This document shows positions 36,784 to 49,735 of a stretch of DNA of 64,000 nt, piece after piece. The first letter of the stretch is position 1; every line of letters starts with the position of its first letter. The notes under the pieces are model-generated. The model saw only the letters and a list, made by a program, of their open reading frames with translations. It did not search any database and was not told the DNA's origin. The DNA lies in assembly GCA_020536535.1 (NCBI GenBank), contig JAHLWZ010000615.1:18027-82026 (forward strand), read 5' to 3'. The translations under genes were made by a program, and so were the position numbers. This DNA is from Pelomyxa schiedti. Its lineage: Eukaryota; Protista; Evosea.

Positions 36784-39309
36784 ATGGACACAGAGGCCCG
36801 AGCACTGTTGCGGGAGATCTTGGAACGAGAACCGGATATCAAAGAAACTACGACCAGCAGATCAGATTGCACTACTGGTTCTTGTGCTGTTGGTGCCGTA
36901 GTGACCGAACCACCACGAACTGAATCCATTGTGTCAAGCGCCGAAGTTTGTCTAGAAGCGACTCCAGAGAAAAGCGTGACAGGGGAGAAAAAGTTGAACA
37001 GAAAGCAGTTGAGACTACTCCGAAGGAAAGAGCGCGCCGAGAAGGAGAAACGTGATGATCCGTTGCGAGAGCCGTCACCAGAACCAGGAGATGCACAAAA
37101 TACAACTTCCTGGGCACAGACTGCCAAGGCTACCACTCCCACGTGCCCCCCAACTGCAATGAATACAAATGAAAGCACCTGTGTGCCGCAGAGCGGAGCC
37201 AAAAGTAACAACGGACCACAGCAACGGCGCCAACAAAAAAATACGGGTAATAAGAGAGGAGGACGGGGGAAACCTACAACTCCAAGGGGAACCACTGGTG
37301 GTAAAACATGTGCAGAACAGGCTAACAACCCAAAAGGGAAGTCAAATAAAGCACAGAAAGGACGTAAATCCAAAGGTAAACTGAAAGCCCCTGTGGGAGA
37401 ACCTACAGCAGGACAGAAGCGGGCCGGAACCCCTCAGCACCGCTCTGAAGACGGACCTACTTCCCCAAATTCAAAGAAACCTAGGAACCAACCTGAGCAA
37501 GAGTCGCCACGGTTAACTTCATCAGATTTTTCAAGGTGGTTGGAAATAGCACCCATCCCAGTACAAAATCTGAAGACATCCGATTTGGTCGATTTTCTTA
37601 TCAGTGCCGTTGTTCCAAATATTTTTCAAAGACTACCTTCTCGGCGTTCCAAGATACCCGTTCCAACACTCCCTGAAGCCTCCAAGGTTATTTTACTTGC
37701 ACTTGGGAGTATATCGGTTCAAACATTTTACGAATACCGTGCAGTACTCGGTACAATTGACCCTCCCGATTCCATTATCAGTGTCAATGCACCGGGTTCA
37801 GCATCTAGGTTCTTACCTATGCTGGATTTTGTTGTAATGCCTCCTTGCTTGGAAAAGGTCAAAATCAGAGAAGTATTATCAGACCAACTCAAAAATGCAG
37901 CTAGTACTGGCCAAGTAATCCCACCATGGCCAAGTGTGACCCTTGAAGATTTCTTAGTGTCACCCGCTTCCATGGTCCAGCACAATTTTAATTTTCCCGC
38001 TGAGTATATACCTACTCAGCCTCTCCCTCCTGGCCTTAAAGTCCCACAAGACCAGTTGATGGTGGCACTGGACTGTGAAATGTGCTGCACGGCGGACGGT
38101 TTGCAACTTGCAAGAGTAAGCATTGTTGATGAACAGTGCAAAGTCCTATTGGATACCTTGGTCAAACCAGTAAAGCCTGTCACTGACTACATTACCAATA
38201 TCACTGGCATAACAGCTGAACAGCTTGATGCGGCTCCATTTTCTTTTGAAGAAGCCCAACAAAAAGTACTATCCATTGTCCATGCTGAAACAATTCTGGT
38301 TGGACATGGTCTTGACAATGACCTCACTACCCTGAAAATAGCGCATCGTCGGGTTATTGATACCTCCCTGCTTTACAAATTCCTCAAGGACAACAGACGG
38401 GCCAAATTACAAGATTTGGCAAAGCAGTACATACACGAAATTGTACACACAGTGGGAACATCACATGACAGCATACAGGACGCCTCACTTGCAATGAGAT
38501 TAGTACAAGAAAGAATAAAGACAACACCCCACAAAGAACCAGGAAGGTCAAACACTATTTTCGAGCTTCTAGAATTAGCTTCAGTTGGAGGTCTTTATGT
38601 TGATACCCCAGATTACTGCCTCCGGTGGTTTGATTCTTTACCACTACAGCACGTACACTACACCCGAAGTATGACTGATGAACAGACAGTTTCTGAGGTA
38701 CTACAGTCCTTGGATGACAACAAGCTGCGGTTTATTATGGCACACCTCCATAATCACACCATTTCCGAAGCTGGATCAGAAGCTGATCAGAGACTAGCAC
38801 TTGCAAGCTACAATACCGCAATTACAGCAATAAAAGAGAGGATGCCCCCCAATACCATTCTGGTGGTGATGTCTACGCCAGTGAAGTGCCACGAGTTCCA
38901 AGTTATGTGCAATAAGAAGTCACACTGCAAGCGCAACAACTTGAATACATGGACAGAGGAAGATGAACGTGATTTTAAACTCCGGATTACTGAAATGAGG
39001 AACACATTTGCCCGCATATACTATAATCCTCCCACGGTCCCAATTCCTCAACCAACAACCAACGGTGCAGTATCTTCTGCGGCCGCGGTTGTAGGAGCAT
39101 TACCTATTCCTACACCTGTGGAAGCAGTAATGCCAGATGCGGCCTCAAAGCCAACCGTTCCAGAGGATAAGCCAACTGCCTTAGAGGAGAAAACAAATGC
39201 TGTAATGGACACAGATCAAAAACCAGTAACAGATATTGACATGTGCCAGCCTCCAACCACCGCTCCTAGCCCCCAAGCCTCCCCCAATATTAACAATAAC
39301 AAGAGTTGA
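36784..39309 (+). CDS. DEDDh 3'-5' RNA exonuclease (Rex1/REXO5-like), intronless, 841 aa
   Basis: ALDCEM, LVGHGLDNDL, VIDTSLLY and HDSIQDA, plus a Rex1-like C-terminal extension. Confidence 0.92.
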   Translation: MDTEARALLREILEREPDIKETTTSRSDCTTGSCAVGAVVTEPPRTESIVSSAEVCLEATPEKSVTGEKKLNRKQLRLLRRKERAEKEKRDDPLREPSPEPGDAQNTTSWAQTAKATTPTCPPTAMNTNESTCVPQSGAKSNNGPQQRRQQKNTGNKRGGRGKPTTPRGTTGGKTCAEQANNPKGKSNKAQKGRKSKGKLKAPVGEPTAGQKRAGTPQHRSEDGPTSPNSKKPRNQPEQESPRLTSSDFSRWLEIAPIPVQNLKTSDLVDFLISAVVPNIFQRLPSRRSKIPVPTLPEASKVILLALGSISVQTFYEYRAVLGTIDPPDSIISVNAPGSASRFLPMLDFVVMPPCLEKVKIREVLSDQLKNAASTGQVIPPWPSVTLEDFLVSPASMVQHNFNFPAEYIPTQPLPPGLKVPQDQLMVALDCEMCCTADGLQLARVSIVDEQCKVLLDTLVKPVKPVTDYITNITGITAEQLDAAPFSFEEAQQKVLSIVHAETILVGHGLDNDLTTLKIAHRRVIDTSLLYKFLKDNRRAKLQDLAKQYIHEIVHTVGTSHDSIQDASLAMRLVQERIKTTPHKEPGRSNTIFELLELASVGGLYVDTPDYCLRWFDSLPLQHVHYTRSMTDEQTVSEVLQSLDDNKLRFIMAHLHNHTISEAGSEADQRLALASYNTAITAIKERMPPNTILVVMSTPVKCHEFQVMCNKKSHCKRNNLNTWTEEDERDFKLRITEMRNTFARIYYNPPTVPIPQPTTNGAVSSAAAVVGALPIPTPVEAVMPDAASKPTVPEDKPTALEEKTNAVMDTDQKPVTDIDMCQPPTTAPSPQASPNINNNKS

Positions 39310-39363
39310 AAGAAAGTATTTCTGTGAGTGCAAAAAGCTGATTTTTAATGTTTACTTTATCTT

Positions 39364-41865
39364 TTACATCCTATAAACACCCACAGGTTGCCCTCTTGAC
39401 ATGGATTTTTTCCCTCCCAAGCATGCACACAATGCTAGCCCCAGTACATTCCTTGTTTCTACTGGTGTTATGATGCCGTCATCCCACACATGGGAAGTAG
39501 AGTACAATGCACTTGCCTCGTGCTTGTATCTTTTGTTATGTGGTGTTATGAGATTTTTGTTAGATTAGCCAGGCATACTTTTGTAGGATTGGTTTTTTGA
39601 ACTCCTCTTCCTCCTCTTTTGTCCATGACTTTCCGGCTTTTGTAAGTGCCTCACGTTTCACTGTGGCCAGCACCGACGCCGCTTGGTCACCTCCCATAAC
39701 GGAAATTTGTGCGTTTGGCCACATGAAGAGGAAGTTGGGGTTGTATCTGATGGCATTAGGTCGGAACAGTACAGGAGAGGAAACATACGCCCTGCCACAC
39801 ATTGCATAATTGCCGGCCCCAAAGCTACCACCACATACTACTGTAATTTTAGGTACTGTGGCACAAGAGACGGCACTGACTAGCTTGGCGCCGTCCTTGG
39901 CTATACCGGAAGCCTCATATCTTAAAAAAGTTGTCACAGTATTCATAAAGAAAGATACTACACACTTTTTCCCTACCATGAACCCAGTGATATTCTGAAG
40001 AAAAATGAGTGGGATTCTTCTTTGCTCACATAATTGGATGAAGTGCGCCCCCTTTAGAGCACTATCACTGTAAAGTATTCCATTGTTAGCTATTATGCCA
40101 ACCAGGTGACCATGAATATGTGCAAAGCCTGTGACAAGTGTTTTCCCATATCTAAAAGGCATTTGGGTACTGGAACTGAAAATTGAGGTAAGAGTACTGT
40201 GCTTTGAACTCCGTAAAACGGGAGCCATCAACAATTCGTGCAATCACGTGAGATATTTCAAAGTGCTTGTGGGTGTCCGCTGGGATCACTCCTGCATTTA
40301 AGCGGTGTAACTACAGAAATATACTTGTTGGCTGTAACCATTCAATTCTTCTGAGTCGTAAAGCGGGTCATCTACTGGGCTGCCATGTGTGCACTTTGAT
40401 GATATATTAAGGTGTGACACAACAGAACGAGCAGCTTTAAGAGCTTCGGCATCACTGGCCGCAAAGTGGTCCGTGACGCCAGATGTACTGCAATGCAGTG
40501 AAGCACCTCCAAGTTCTTCAGATGTCACTTTCTCGCCTGTTGCTGCCTCACAAATGTGTGTTAGGTAAGGTATTTTTTGAAATTGTTAAATACCAGAACT
40601 AAAGGAGGACCACCCAAAAATATTGAACCAGTTCCATTGACGATTATAGCTTCATCAGCCATGGCAGGAACGTAAGCTCCACCAGCAGTGCATGAACCCA
40701 TAACAATTGCTATCTAAATTGGATAAGGAGTGTATTTTTATTTAGCATCTCACTTGAGGTATCCCTCTTGAAGACATTTGCGCCTGATTGTAAAATATTC
40801 TACCAAAGTGGTCTCTATCAGGGAATACCTTCGCAAAACGACTTAGAAATGAATATATTTGTGCTCTAGGAAACAAAATGGCGCACTTCAGCTTGCTTTG
40901 GAAGGTATGCACCTCCAGAGTCAACCATGTATATACATGGTAAATGGTTCTGCATTGCGATTTCCTACCAACCCAGAGTTATTAAAGATACAAATTGATG
41001 CATTTTGAACGAAAAAGGTTTAATAGTAAGGGATTATCACCTGGGCCCTCAAGTGTTTCTTGATAGTTACAGGAAAGTAAGTACCACCCTTCACAGTAGC
41101 GTCGTTGGCCACGACCATGCACCTTGTACCACTCACCATTCCCACACCAGTCACAATCCCTCCAGAAGGAACCACATTATCTTCCTCCTTTCCATTTCCA
41201 TTCCCATTTCCATTTCCACCTAGACCCTTACTTTGTTTTCCATGACCATTCCCACTTCCATTCCCATTCCCATTCCCACCACTGCCACTTGTTTTTCCCC
41301 TTCCACTTGCACTTTCATTCTGCGGTGCCTTTTCCTTCCCCCCACCGACTCCCTCCGCATCAGTAGTAGTACCAGAGGGGCCGCCATAGTCACCGCCGCC
41401 GCAGCCGTCGTCCGCTGCCCCCTCGCTCGTGGGGCACCCAGCTAGCATGGACAGCTCCAGGAAGGGCGACCCGCGGTCCAGCAGGCTCCGTACCCGCTCC
41501 CTCACCATCATCTTGCCCCGCGCCTCGTGCCTGCGCCTCTCCGCCTCGCCCCCGCCCCCCCGCGCCCGCCTCGCCTCGCGCCCGACCGCCTCGCACTCGC
41601 GGCGCATCCTGGCCGCGTTGGCCGCGTACTCCCGCGACTTCCTCAGGGCCTCCCCCGACGCCACCCTCATCACGTCCCCTCCTTCCGCAGTGGCGCTTGC
41701 AGCTGCGGTAGTGGTGGCCCTGCGGATTCCCCCGTGGTTGGTGCCCTTGGTGCTTGCAGTCGATGTTGGCCTCCCCCTGAGACTTGTACTTGTCACAGCA
41801 GCATGGGTACAAACCCATTTGGACAGGCACGAAACAACTGAATTCTGTGTCACCACCCCCAGCAT
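39364..41865 (-). CDS. MCCC2: 3-methylcrotonyl-CoA carboxylase beta (carboxyltransferase) subunit
   Basis: [89 protein letters not shown] and terminal GVYRM. Confidence 0.96.
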
Positions 41866-41976
41866 TTTTTTTGTTCTTTTCTGCGGGTTACAGATAAAAT
41901 GAAAGATAGAAAAACAAAAACTTTTATGGGAATAAAACAATGAGACTATCACTACAAAAAAGAAATGAGCTTAGCT

Positions 41977-44900
41977 TCACTCGTCTCCAAATTCGTCCTC
42001 CCCAGAAACATAGTACTGTTTCATTCCTTGTAGAAGTTGCTCCAGTAGGGACTTGGTGTTTTTACATATTATCTTGCGCCATGATGTTTCAGCCTTTGGT
42101 TTGTTTCGTTGTGAGAATGAAGCTCAAAAGATTGGATGCCGCTCACCCGTAATTTTAGCAATAATGTATCTGGAGAAGACGCATCCAGAATTACGTTCTC
42201 TATTCCTGCGAAGCTCAACTCAGTCTTTATCTGCTGCTCCGCAACATTCATTAGTGAATCCACTGTTATCTATTTTGATCAGGAATGTTGGAAAAGAGTG
42301 TTTGCTAGACAAGTACTTTGAAAGTTCGGTCCTGATGCTTGCCAGCTTTGTTTACTTTTACAACATCATACTCCTGAGGTTGAGGAAGCTGGTGCGGGTG
42401 CTGCTCGAACCACTTCATGCTGCACACGAAAATGTCCTGGAGTATTGCATCTCTCTCCTGAACACTACTGCACACATACCGGCGCTGTACCAAGTCAAGA
42501 TCTCTGTCAAGGAGCTTGCTTGTAACACTGAATCGACGGCCGGTGGGCTTCGGAGGTTCATTATTGGAGGAAGGAGTTGTGCTGGTGGCTGGGGATGCAG
42601 TAGGAGGGGTTATTGGTGGAGGAGTTGTGGGAGGCTGTGGAGTTTCTGTGACGAATTTCATTAGCAAGGTAGTTGAATTTTGCTCAGCAATGATTTCCGA
42701 AATTTGGGATAGTAATTTCTCGTCTCTGATGGTCTTTGTCTTGGGTTCTATGTTGAGGAAGGATGTTGGGGTAAATTTAATTATCCTGAAATTGAATTAG
42801 AGTTTCAGTGAGCCTCAACGTGTTTTACCTCTCCTGCCGTCTTCCTTTGGAGTTAACCTTGGAAGAATATTAGTTAGGACTGCAGAAGCCGGTAAAATAA
42901 ACCTTTATAACCAAATAGCTCTTTGTGATATAGTCCTTTGATGAATCGGGAAGCATTATATTCTCCAATTTAATAATTGAAGTGAGTTCTTTCCAGTTGA
43001 AGAGCTCTTGCACTTTTGACCAGGTCTTGCGACTGGTGAACGTTTTGCTTAGGAAGAAAAGAGAACGAGTGAATTGACTTGGATGGATAATATAAATCTT
43101 GTCAATGTTCTTTTTGTAGCTAGAAAGTAAAAGTTAAATTCTAGGCATCAAATTAAAAGAAATACTTTCTGGAAAACAGATGCCACATAGCTTTTATCTG
43201 CTGGAAGAGGAGTTTCTTTACCCGCAGGGAGATACTTGCCCAGGACATATCGACAATAATAGAATATTTTCCCTCATTGACTGCAGTATCCATCACCTTA
43301 AATACGTGCTGGAGGAGAGGGTTGATATTTTCCAGAAACTCTTCACGCACTCTGTCAATGACCTTAAGCTGTTGTACATGGGGAGGAAGGAATACCGATT
43401 AAAGATTATATAGAAAACGGCTGTTCCTTTTAGAGTGTGAGGTCCTTGATACAAAAATCTGGCTCTCTCTAGTACTCCCACATCTACATCGGAGGAATTA
43501 CCAGAAAGATGTAGTTCTCTTTCAACAGTTTCATCTGCGAAAGGTAAGTTAAAACGTAATGGCACAGGGGCGTGCCTTTCGGCAACTGAGTTGCAGTTGT
43601 TTTTGGAGTTGGACCCAAATCCTCTAACAGGGCAAGGAACTGTTTTCTCTGCCGTGTTTGTGATGGAATCCACCCACGAGAAGATGAGAGCATAGCGGGA
43701 GTGATGGGGGTATTAGCTGGAGGAGCAGCAATAGTGCTGAAATGATCAATGAGCTTTCGTGAGCATGAATCAAGGATACGATGAAGGTCAAACAGATCCT
43801 GAATGGTACCATTTAACTTTTTACATGGAGCAAAAAGGAAAGTCACTGTGTAGGAGATCAAGGAAGAAAGCCTGAAGTTGAATTCGCGTACAGTTTCAGT
43901 GTCAAGGTCAGCCCACTGCCGGGCGCCTGGAGAGTAGTGGGTGTGAACAGAATTGTGGGAGCTGGGTTGATACTTGGATTTAATTTTACAAGAGGATCTG
44001 TGCAGACAGTTGTGAGATATTCCTTCATCCGTGGAGCTGTTTTACTAATAAAATCGCTCATAGGAGCCATGTATTCCTCTTTGTTTGAAACAACTCCTCC
44101 ATTTGAGATACACTAAACATGTTAAGAGATCTATGCACACTAATATGGTTACCTGCAAGACTTTGGCAAGTAGCACGAGGTTCCTTCTGGATTTGGGTGT
44201 GAGGACTGTATCAGGGGGCATTACTCCAAGAACTTCAGGTGAAACAATGGCTGGAGAGAAGATCCTTTCGTTATGGTGTTGATAATCATAAACAGTTGAG
44301 AGCTTGAAACCTGAGCATTACAAATCCACCAACAAGTGGAACCCAGTCAGATGGAAGTCTCCCCTGTGCAATATCAGCAATATAACCCGCAATGGCTCTT
44401 TTTTTTGTTAAAAAACAAAGTAAAAGATGAACAAGGAACCTCAAGGGCCGTGGCATCTGACATATCATATCTTTGTCAGTGATTCGATAAAGAAAAGTCA
44501 TTGTCAAAGTTTCAAGCATTTGCCGATGTCTATTTGTGTGAGAAGAAAAAAACATAGACCAGAAGCCTACCTTATAATTGCTTCATCTATGGTTGCATCA
44601 TCCCAAAGCTGTGATTCGCCTACATCTGGGTTCTGAAGAAGTTTTCTAATTATGTTAGTTGAGAACTGCCTTCTATCTTTAGGCAGACCTTTTATCAATC
44701 TCTAGGTTCAGTGTACTCTCATTGACAATGCTGGAAACAAGTTCACCAAGGACCAGCTTAATGTACTCCCGCCCAATTATTTCTGCATGTTGCTGAGAAT
44801 TTTATAGCTCAATATTCAGCTACACACTGACGTAGGCAGCCTCTACTTTAGTGCTAACAGAATTTCCTCTTAGAGCACTCCCTTCAGAAGTTTTGGTTAC

Positions 44901-46741
44901 AGCATCAAGCTCAGATAATACTAGTGCACGAACAAAAGGCAGCACTTTCTTTGCTTGATTGAGAATTTTCACCATTATTCGAGAGAAACAGTCGAGGTCA
45001 CATTGTTCAACAAATTCAGCAAAGGTGCGAGAGAATCTAATATCTAATAAGAATAGTTTGGTTGAGTACTAATACGTTATATCTGAGATCAACAGGGAAA
45101 TGAGTTGCTTGTATATTTCAGTTGCCTTAAGCCAACTGTTTTGCTTCCAGACATATTGTTTTACACTAGTTTTACTTGTAGTAGGTTTAGCTGCTGAGCT
45201 TGACGTGGTTGTTGACGACTGTGGGATAGTAGGGGATGAAGATGGGGATGCAGGTGAAGATGCTGGTGGGGGAGATGTGGATGGGGGTGCTGGGGTTGGT
45301 GTTAGTACCGGTGACGATAAAGGCGGTGATGATGAAGGTGCCGTGCATTGAAGTGTTACTGGAGGAGGAGGAGGGGTTGATGGAGGGGTTGCTTGATTGT
45401 CTGTCTCAGAAACAAAATGTTAGTAGGGTAAAAGGGATTAGATAGGTATTACTCACTCTGCTGAGTTTCGGTGCCTGTTGTGCTTGTGTGTGTCTCAGTT
45501 GAAGTGCTTGAAGGTGTACTTGCCGTTAAGGTGGAAGCTGTGTATAGGAGAGATGAGGAAGAGGTGAGATTGTCACGGGAAGCTGTTCTCGTTGCCAGAA
45601 AAGGTGAGTGGAGGGAAGTGCCCGAACCAGTGCGATTTATACGACCAACCACTGTTGGGGACTGTGCTGTGGTGCTGTTATTTGTTGTTGGTGTTGCTGT
45701 TCTGGCAGGGTGAGCAGGGGAAAATCGGGTGTTTGAGGGTGTTGTATCGTTGGGTAATGTAGGAGAGCTAGAGGGAGCAGGTAATTCCGTAGGTTTTTGT
45801 TGTTCCACAAGGGAGCTTGAAGCCGAAGCCTCTCTACTCTCTGTGGAAAGAGTAGAGGGGACTGCTGATTCCAGTATGGAATTGGATTGGGCAGGAGGTG
45901 TAGAGAGTGATAAGGAATCAGGAGATGGTGAATGTGAGCATGCAACATTGGCATTAGCCTCAGAATTTGAGCTCAGCCTACTCTGCACAGGTGAGCTTGG
46001 GCACTCACATTTTGCCTGTGCCTGATTCTGATTCTGATTAGCAGTCCCACAATCTCCAATGCCGCTGCTATTACTTGCGCCAGTACTAGCGCTAGCAGCA
46101 GCAGAACCAGAACCAATCTCCAACTGCTGGTCCTGGTTCACACCACCACTAGCACACACAGCAGGAGTGGGAGCGGGCTTGGCCGGGAGGGTAAGGGGCG
46201 TGACTGGGTCCAGCAGAGGGGGGAGCTCCGGGGGCGGCGAGAAAAACGGCACGGGGGGCGAGGGCGGCGGCGACGGCGGGAGGGGCCCCGCCTGCAGCGC
46301 CCCCATCTCCTCCGGCTGCGGCTGCTGCTGGTTCTGCTGCTGCGACCCCCCCTGCGGCACCAGCAGCAGCGGCGGGGTCAGCGTCGGCGTCGGCGGCGTA
46401 GGCGGCGGCGTAGGCGGCGGCGACCGCGGCTCCGACAGGCAGTAAATCGACGAAGGCAGCACGCAGCCCCCCGAGGATGCTGCGGAGGAAGAGGAGGGTG
46501 TATTGGTGGGGGTGGAGGAGGAGGGGGGGCAGGGGGAGGGGGAAGAGAGGTCGGGGGAGGAAGTGGGCGGGGGAGGGGCATCGTAGGCGGGGGACGAGGG
46601 GGGAGCTGCGACGTAGGCGTGGAGGGTGATGCTGTTGGAGTGGTGCCTGCGGAGCTGCGGCCGAGGGACCCAGCTCGTGGGCTGTGGTGAGTGCGTCTGC
46701 GCCTGTGCCGGGGGCCCCGTGGTCTCTGCTTGATACGCCAT
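41977..46741 (-). CDS. Neurofibromin-like RasGAP with CRAL-TRIO/Sec14 and PH-like domains
   Basis: Arg finger SALRGNS, GGFVMLRIFSPAIVSP, RNLVLLAKVLQ and EYMAPMSDFI; Sec14-like FLYQGP…VFYIIFNR and NIDKIYIIHP; PH-like VNSKGRRQER and VVKVNKAGKHQDRTFK. Confidence 0.88.
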
Positions 46742-47020
46742 TTTTTTTTTGAGGTCGTTCTGGGGGTCTCCGAGCCACTCCCCTTTCTTTTTTTGTACTC
46801 TTTTCCCTTCTTCTTGATGGATTCGGATAAGATCAAAGGGTCAATCGCCGAATCCATCACTCAGATCTTCCCTCGGTGCGAGGGAGGAACTCCAATTCCC
46901 ACCAACCGATAGGAATTGTGTGACAACACTCTTGATCCTCCTGCTCCAGCCAGACGGCTTCTCGTTCAGTCTTGAAGGGTTCAGCGAAAGGTGCATTCGT
47001 TGGTTTTTTGTGCTGATTGG

Positions 47021-49621
47021 ATGAGTTGGGTTTGTAAAGCGTGCACCCTCGAAAACTCGGAGAATGCACTGGCGTGTTCTGTATGTGGGACCGTGAAGCC
47101 ATCTCTCGATGACGGTTCAGCATGGATAGAATGGCCTTGTCCCACGTGCGTTCCTTTCTTTATGAAGTAACTTTGGTTGTTGCAATGTTTCGGTTCTCTT
47201 TATGTTGGGGTTTCGGAGGTGCCACGCGCTGGCTTGTGGGATGGCCCGTCCGTAACTTTTGACAGATGCACGTTCGTCAATACGCCGACGTCGCTGATGT
47301 GCACAGTCTGTGGGACCGAGCGACCCGTCACGGCCTACAGAGTGACGGAACCACGCCCTGCGAAGGTGTCGGCTGACTTATGGGATACCCCCACTCCACC
47401 TCCTGGGCTTGTGAAGCCAAAAAAACTGTCAAAAAAAGAGAAATTGATAGCCAAGTTGGGCCTGGTCCTTAAGTCTGGAAAACCTGAAGTTCCTCAACTA
47501 GTTCCTGTATGTAAAGATTAATACCCACATTAAATACCACAAGATGGGACACAGACCACTAACTTATGGAACCTTTAATAGGGCTTTAAATCTGTGGAGG
47601 AGTGGAATGCTTACCTTGAAACTGAAAAGCACCTTTGGGAAGTAGAGCCCCAAAAGCAACAGGTGGGCTTTCTTCTTCCTATTATTATTTTTTTTTGGAT
47701 AAAAAGGTATGCCTTCCATAACTTCAAATAGGTTATCCATCAAGTGCTAATGGATGAACATACTATGACCCCATTTTTGCTCCTTTTGAGCCTTCCTGAT
47801 TATGTAATGCAACGCAGTGGACTCTCGGATTTTTGTTCCATTGCCTTGGTGAGTGCTCTCAATGAATCATTATCTGTTACTCTGAATTTAGACCTGCCGT
47901 GCATTTGCCAACATTATGAGATCGGATGAGCTCTGGCAGTCACTATATTATCGTGACTTTCGTGACAAACCCCCATCAGAAGTAACTCCCGGTATGTCAT
48001 AGTCTTTCCTTGCTCTTACTAATATTACTCAGGATGCTGGCGAAATTCCTACAAAGAGAGACTACTTCACTCATGTGTGGCAATCTATACTATTTCGACT
48101 GCCAGCCTTCCCCCACTCTGTGGCGCATCTTGGTTTAGGGCATGCTTTGGCGTGGCAACAAAGACTGACATTTCGCTTTCTGTATACAATGGCTTGCCCC
48201 CAGTCATTCCAATGAAGATACCAGATGGGAAAGCGGCTTTCGTTTGTTCTTTACCTGAAAAAGCAATACAACTTATAACTATCAGATCTTTGAGTGCCAC
48301 ATGAAGGAGCACTGCTCTCTCAATCAGCGTGATGTCACAGATGCCTTCGAACAAATTGCACAGATTCTATTTACTCCAGAAGCAAATGTGACTGTCCGGG
48401 TATGTGTACCCCTTGATTTTCATTCCTCACTGTTGCCCTAGACCACTTTCCGAGGCACTGACGTATCTGTTGCATTTTTGTGTGATACATACGAGAAATC
48501 TCACAGGCATGGCTTTTATTATTTCTGAATAAATAATTAATTTTTATGGACAGCATCAAGAACGATCCTGTCCTCAACTTCGTTTCCCGCAAACGTACTG
48601 GGAAATGGAAGCTAGGCCTAAGTAGTGGCTGGCTTCTGTATCCAGTCTATCAACATCTAAGGAAAGTGCGGGTTGCCAGTGACAGAGCCGAGTGGACTGG
48701 TGGCCCACGACGATCGTAGGCACTCTTACTACTTCACCTTTTGGTTACTCTTCTAGATTTTTCATCAAAGCCAAAGCTTCTTGGTTTGCTCTGCTAATGG
48801 AGATAAACACTGATTGGTTGCAGGTAATTAATTTTTTAGGTTGAATTTCTAAATGTTGGGTGTAAGGCCTTTGGATTCCCTGTAGAGAATTCCTCCTTCA
48901 GTTGGCTTACCAGGCCACCTTTTGTGGCACTCGAGCAATCAATGACAGGAATGTCAAGAATTGTTATCACATCCTATACAGTGTGCACTTCTGTAAAACC
49001 ATACCCATACTCACAATTCTAGGGAAGCAGTGTATCTGTAATTTTTGATAACCCTTGTTCTCTTATGAGGGCTCTGCAAATTGGATTCATAGAAGAAAAC
49101 ATCAAAAACCTGAAATTTGATGATGGGACGAGTGATGCAGATGCCAGAAAGTTATTTGAAGACCTCGAGCATGAAAGATCAGAATGGAGGGGAGAACAAG
49201 GCCTCGAGTCCGACTATGATACTACAGTTGAAGCGGTATGCTTTTGTGTAAAATTAAATGCATCTCAAAACTGTGTATACAGGTAAAAGCTTCATGGGAA
49301 TTTGAATGTGACAAGTACGGGGACAATGATGGCTACACAAGTGAAGAGGTTCTGAAAGCCACAATCGCCAGCCGCGAAACAGAGCTACTAAAAGCAATTG
49401 AAGAGCACGAGGAGACAATAGCTCTCCTTAAACTCACAACAGAAGCTCAAACATCCTCAACACAAGCATCCACAGAAACCCCAACACCAACCCCCAGTAC
49501 TGACACATCAACCTCAGTAACAACAACACCCTCAGCCACAGAGACACCAACACCCAGCACTGACACTCCCCAACAAACACAAACTCCAGTTGATTCCAGC
49601 ACCACACAACAATCAAGTTGA
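47021..49621 (+). CDS. Protein with two RanBP2-type zinc fingers and an F-box-like motif
   Basis: WVCKACTLENSENALACSVCG and WPCPT|CTFVNTPTSLMCTVCG; spliced SDFCSIAL|TCRAFANIMRSDELWQSLYYRDF. Confidence 0.75.
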
Positions 49622-49735
49622 AAGATCCAAGCAAATACACACTGCACAACATTCTCTAGAAATGGCTTATGAGGAGCGTTTATTTGAATTTTAATCATTT
49701 TTTTTCCTGTAATACCGCCTCGAACAAGTTCGTGG

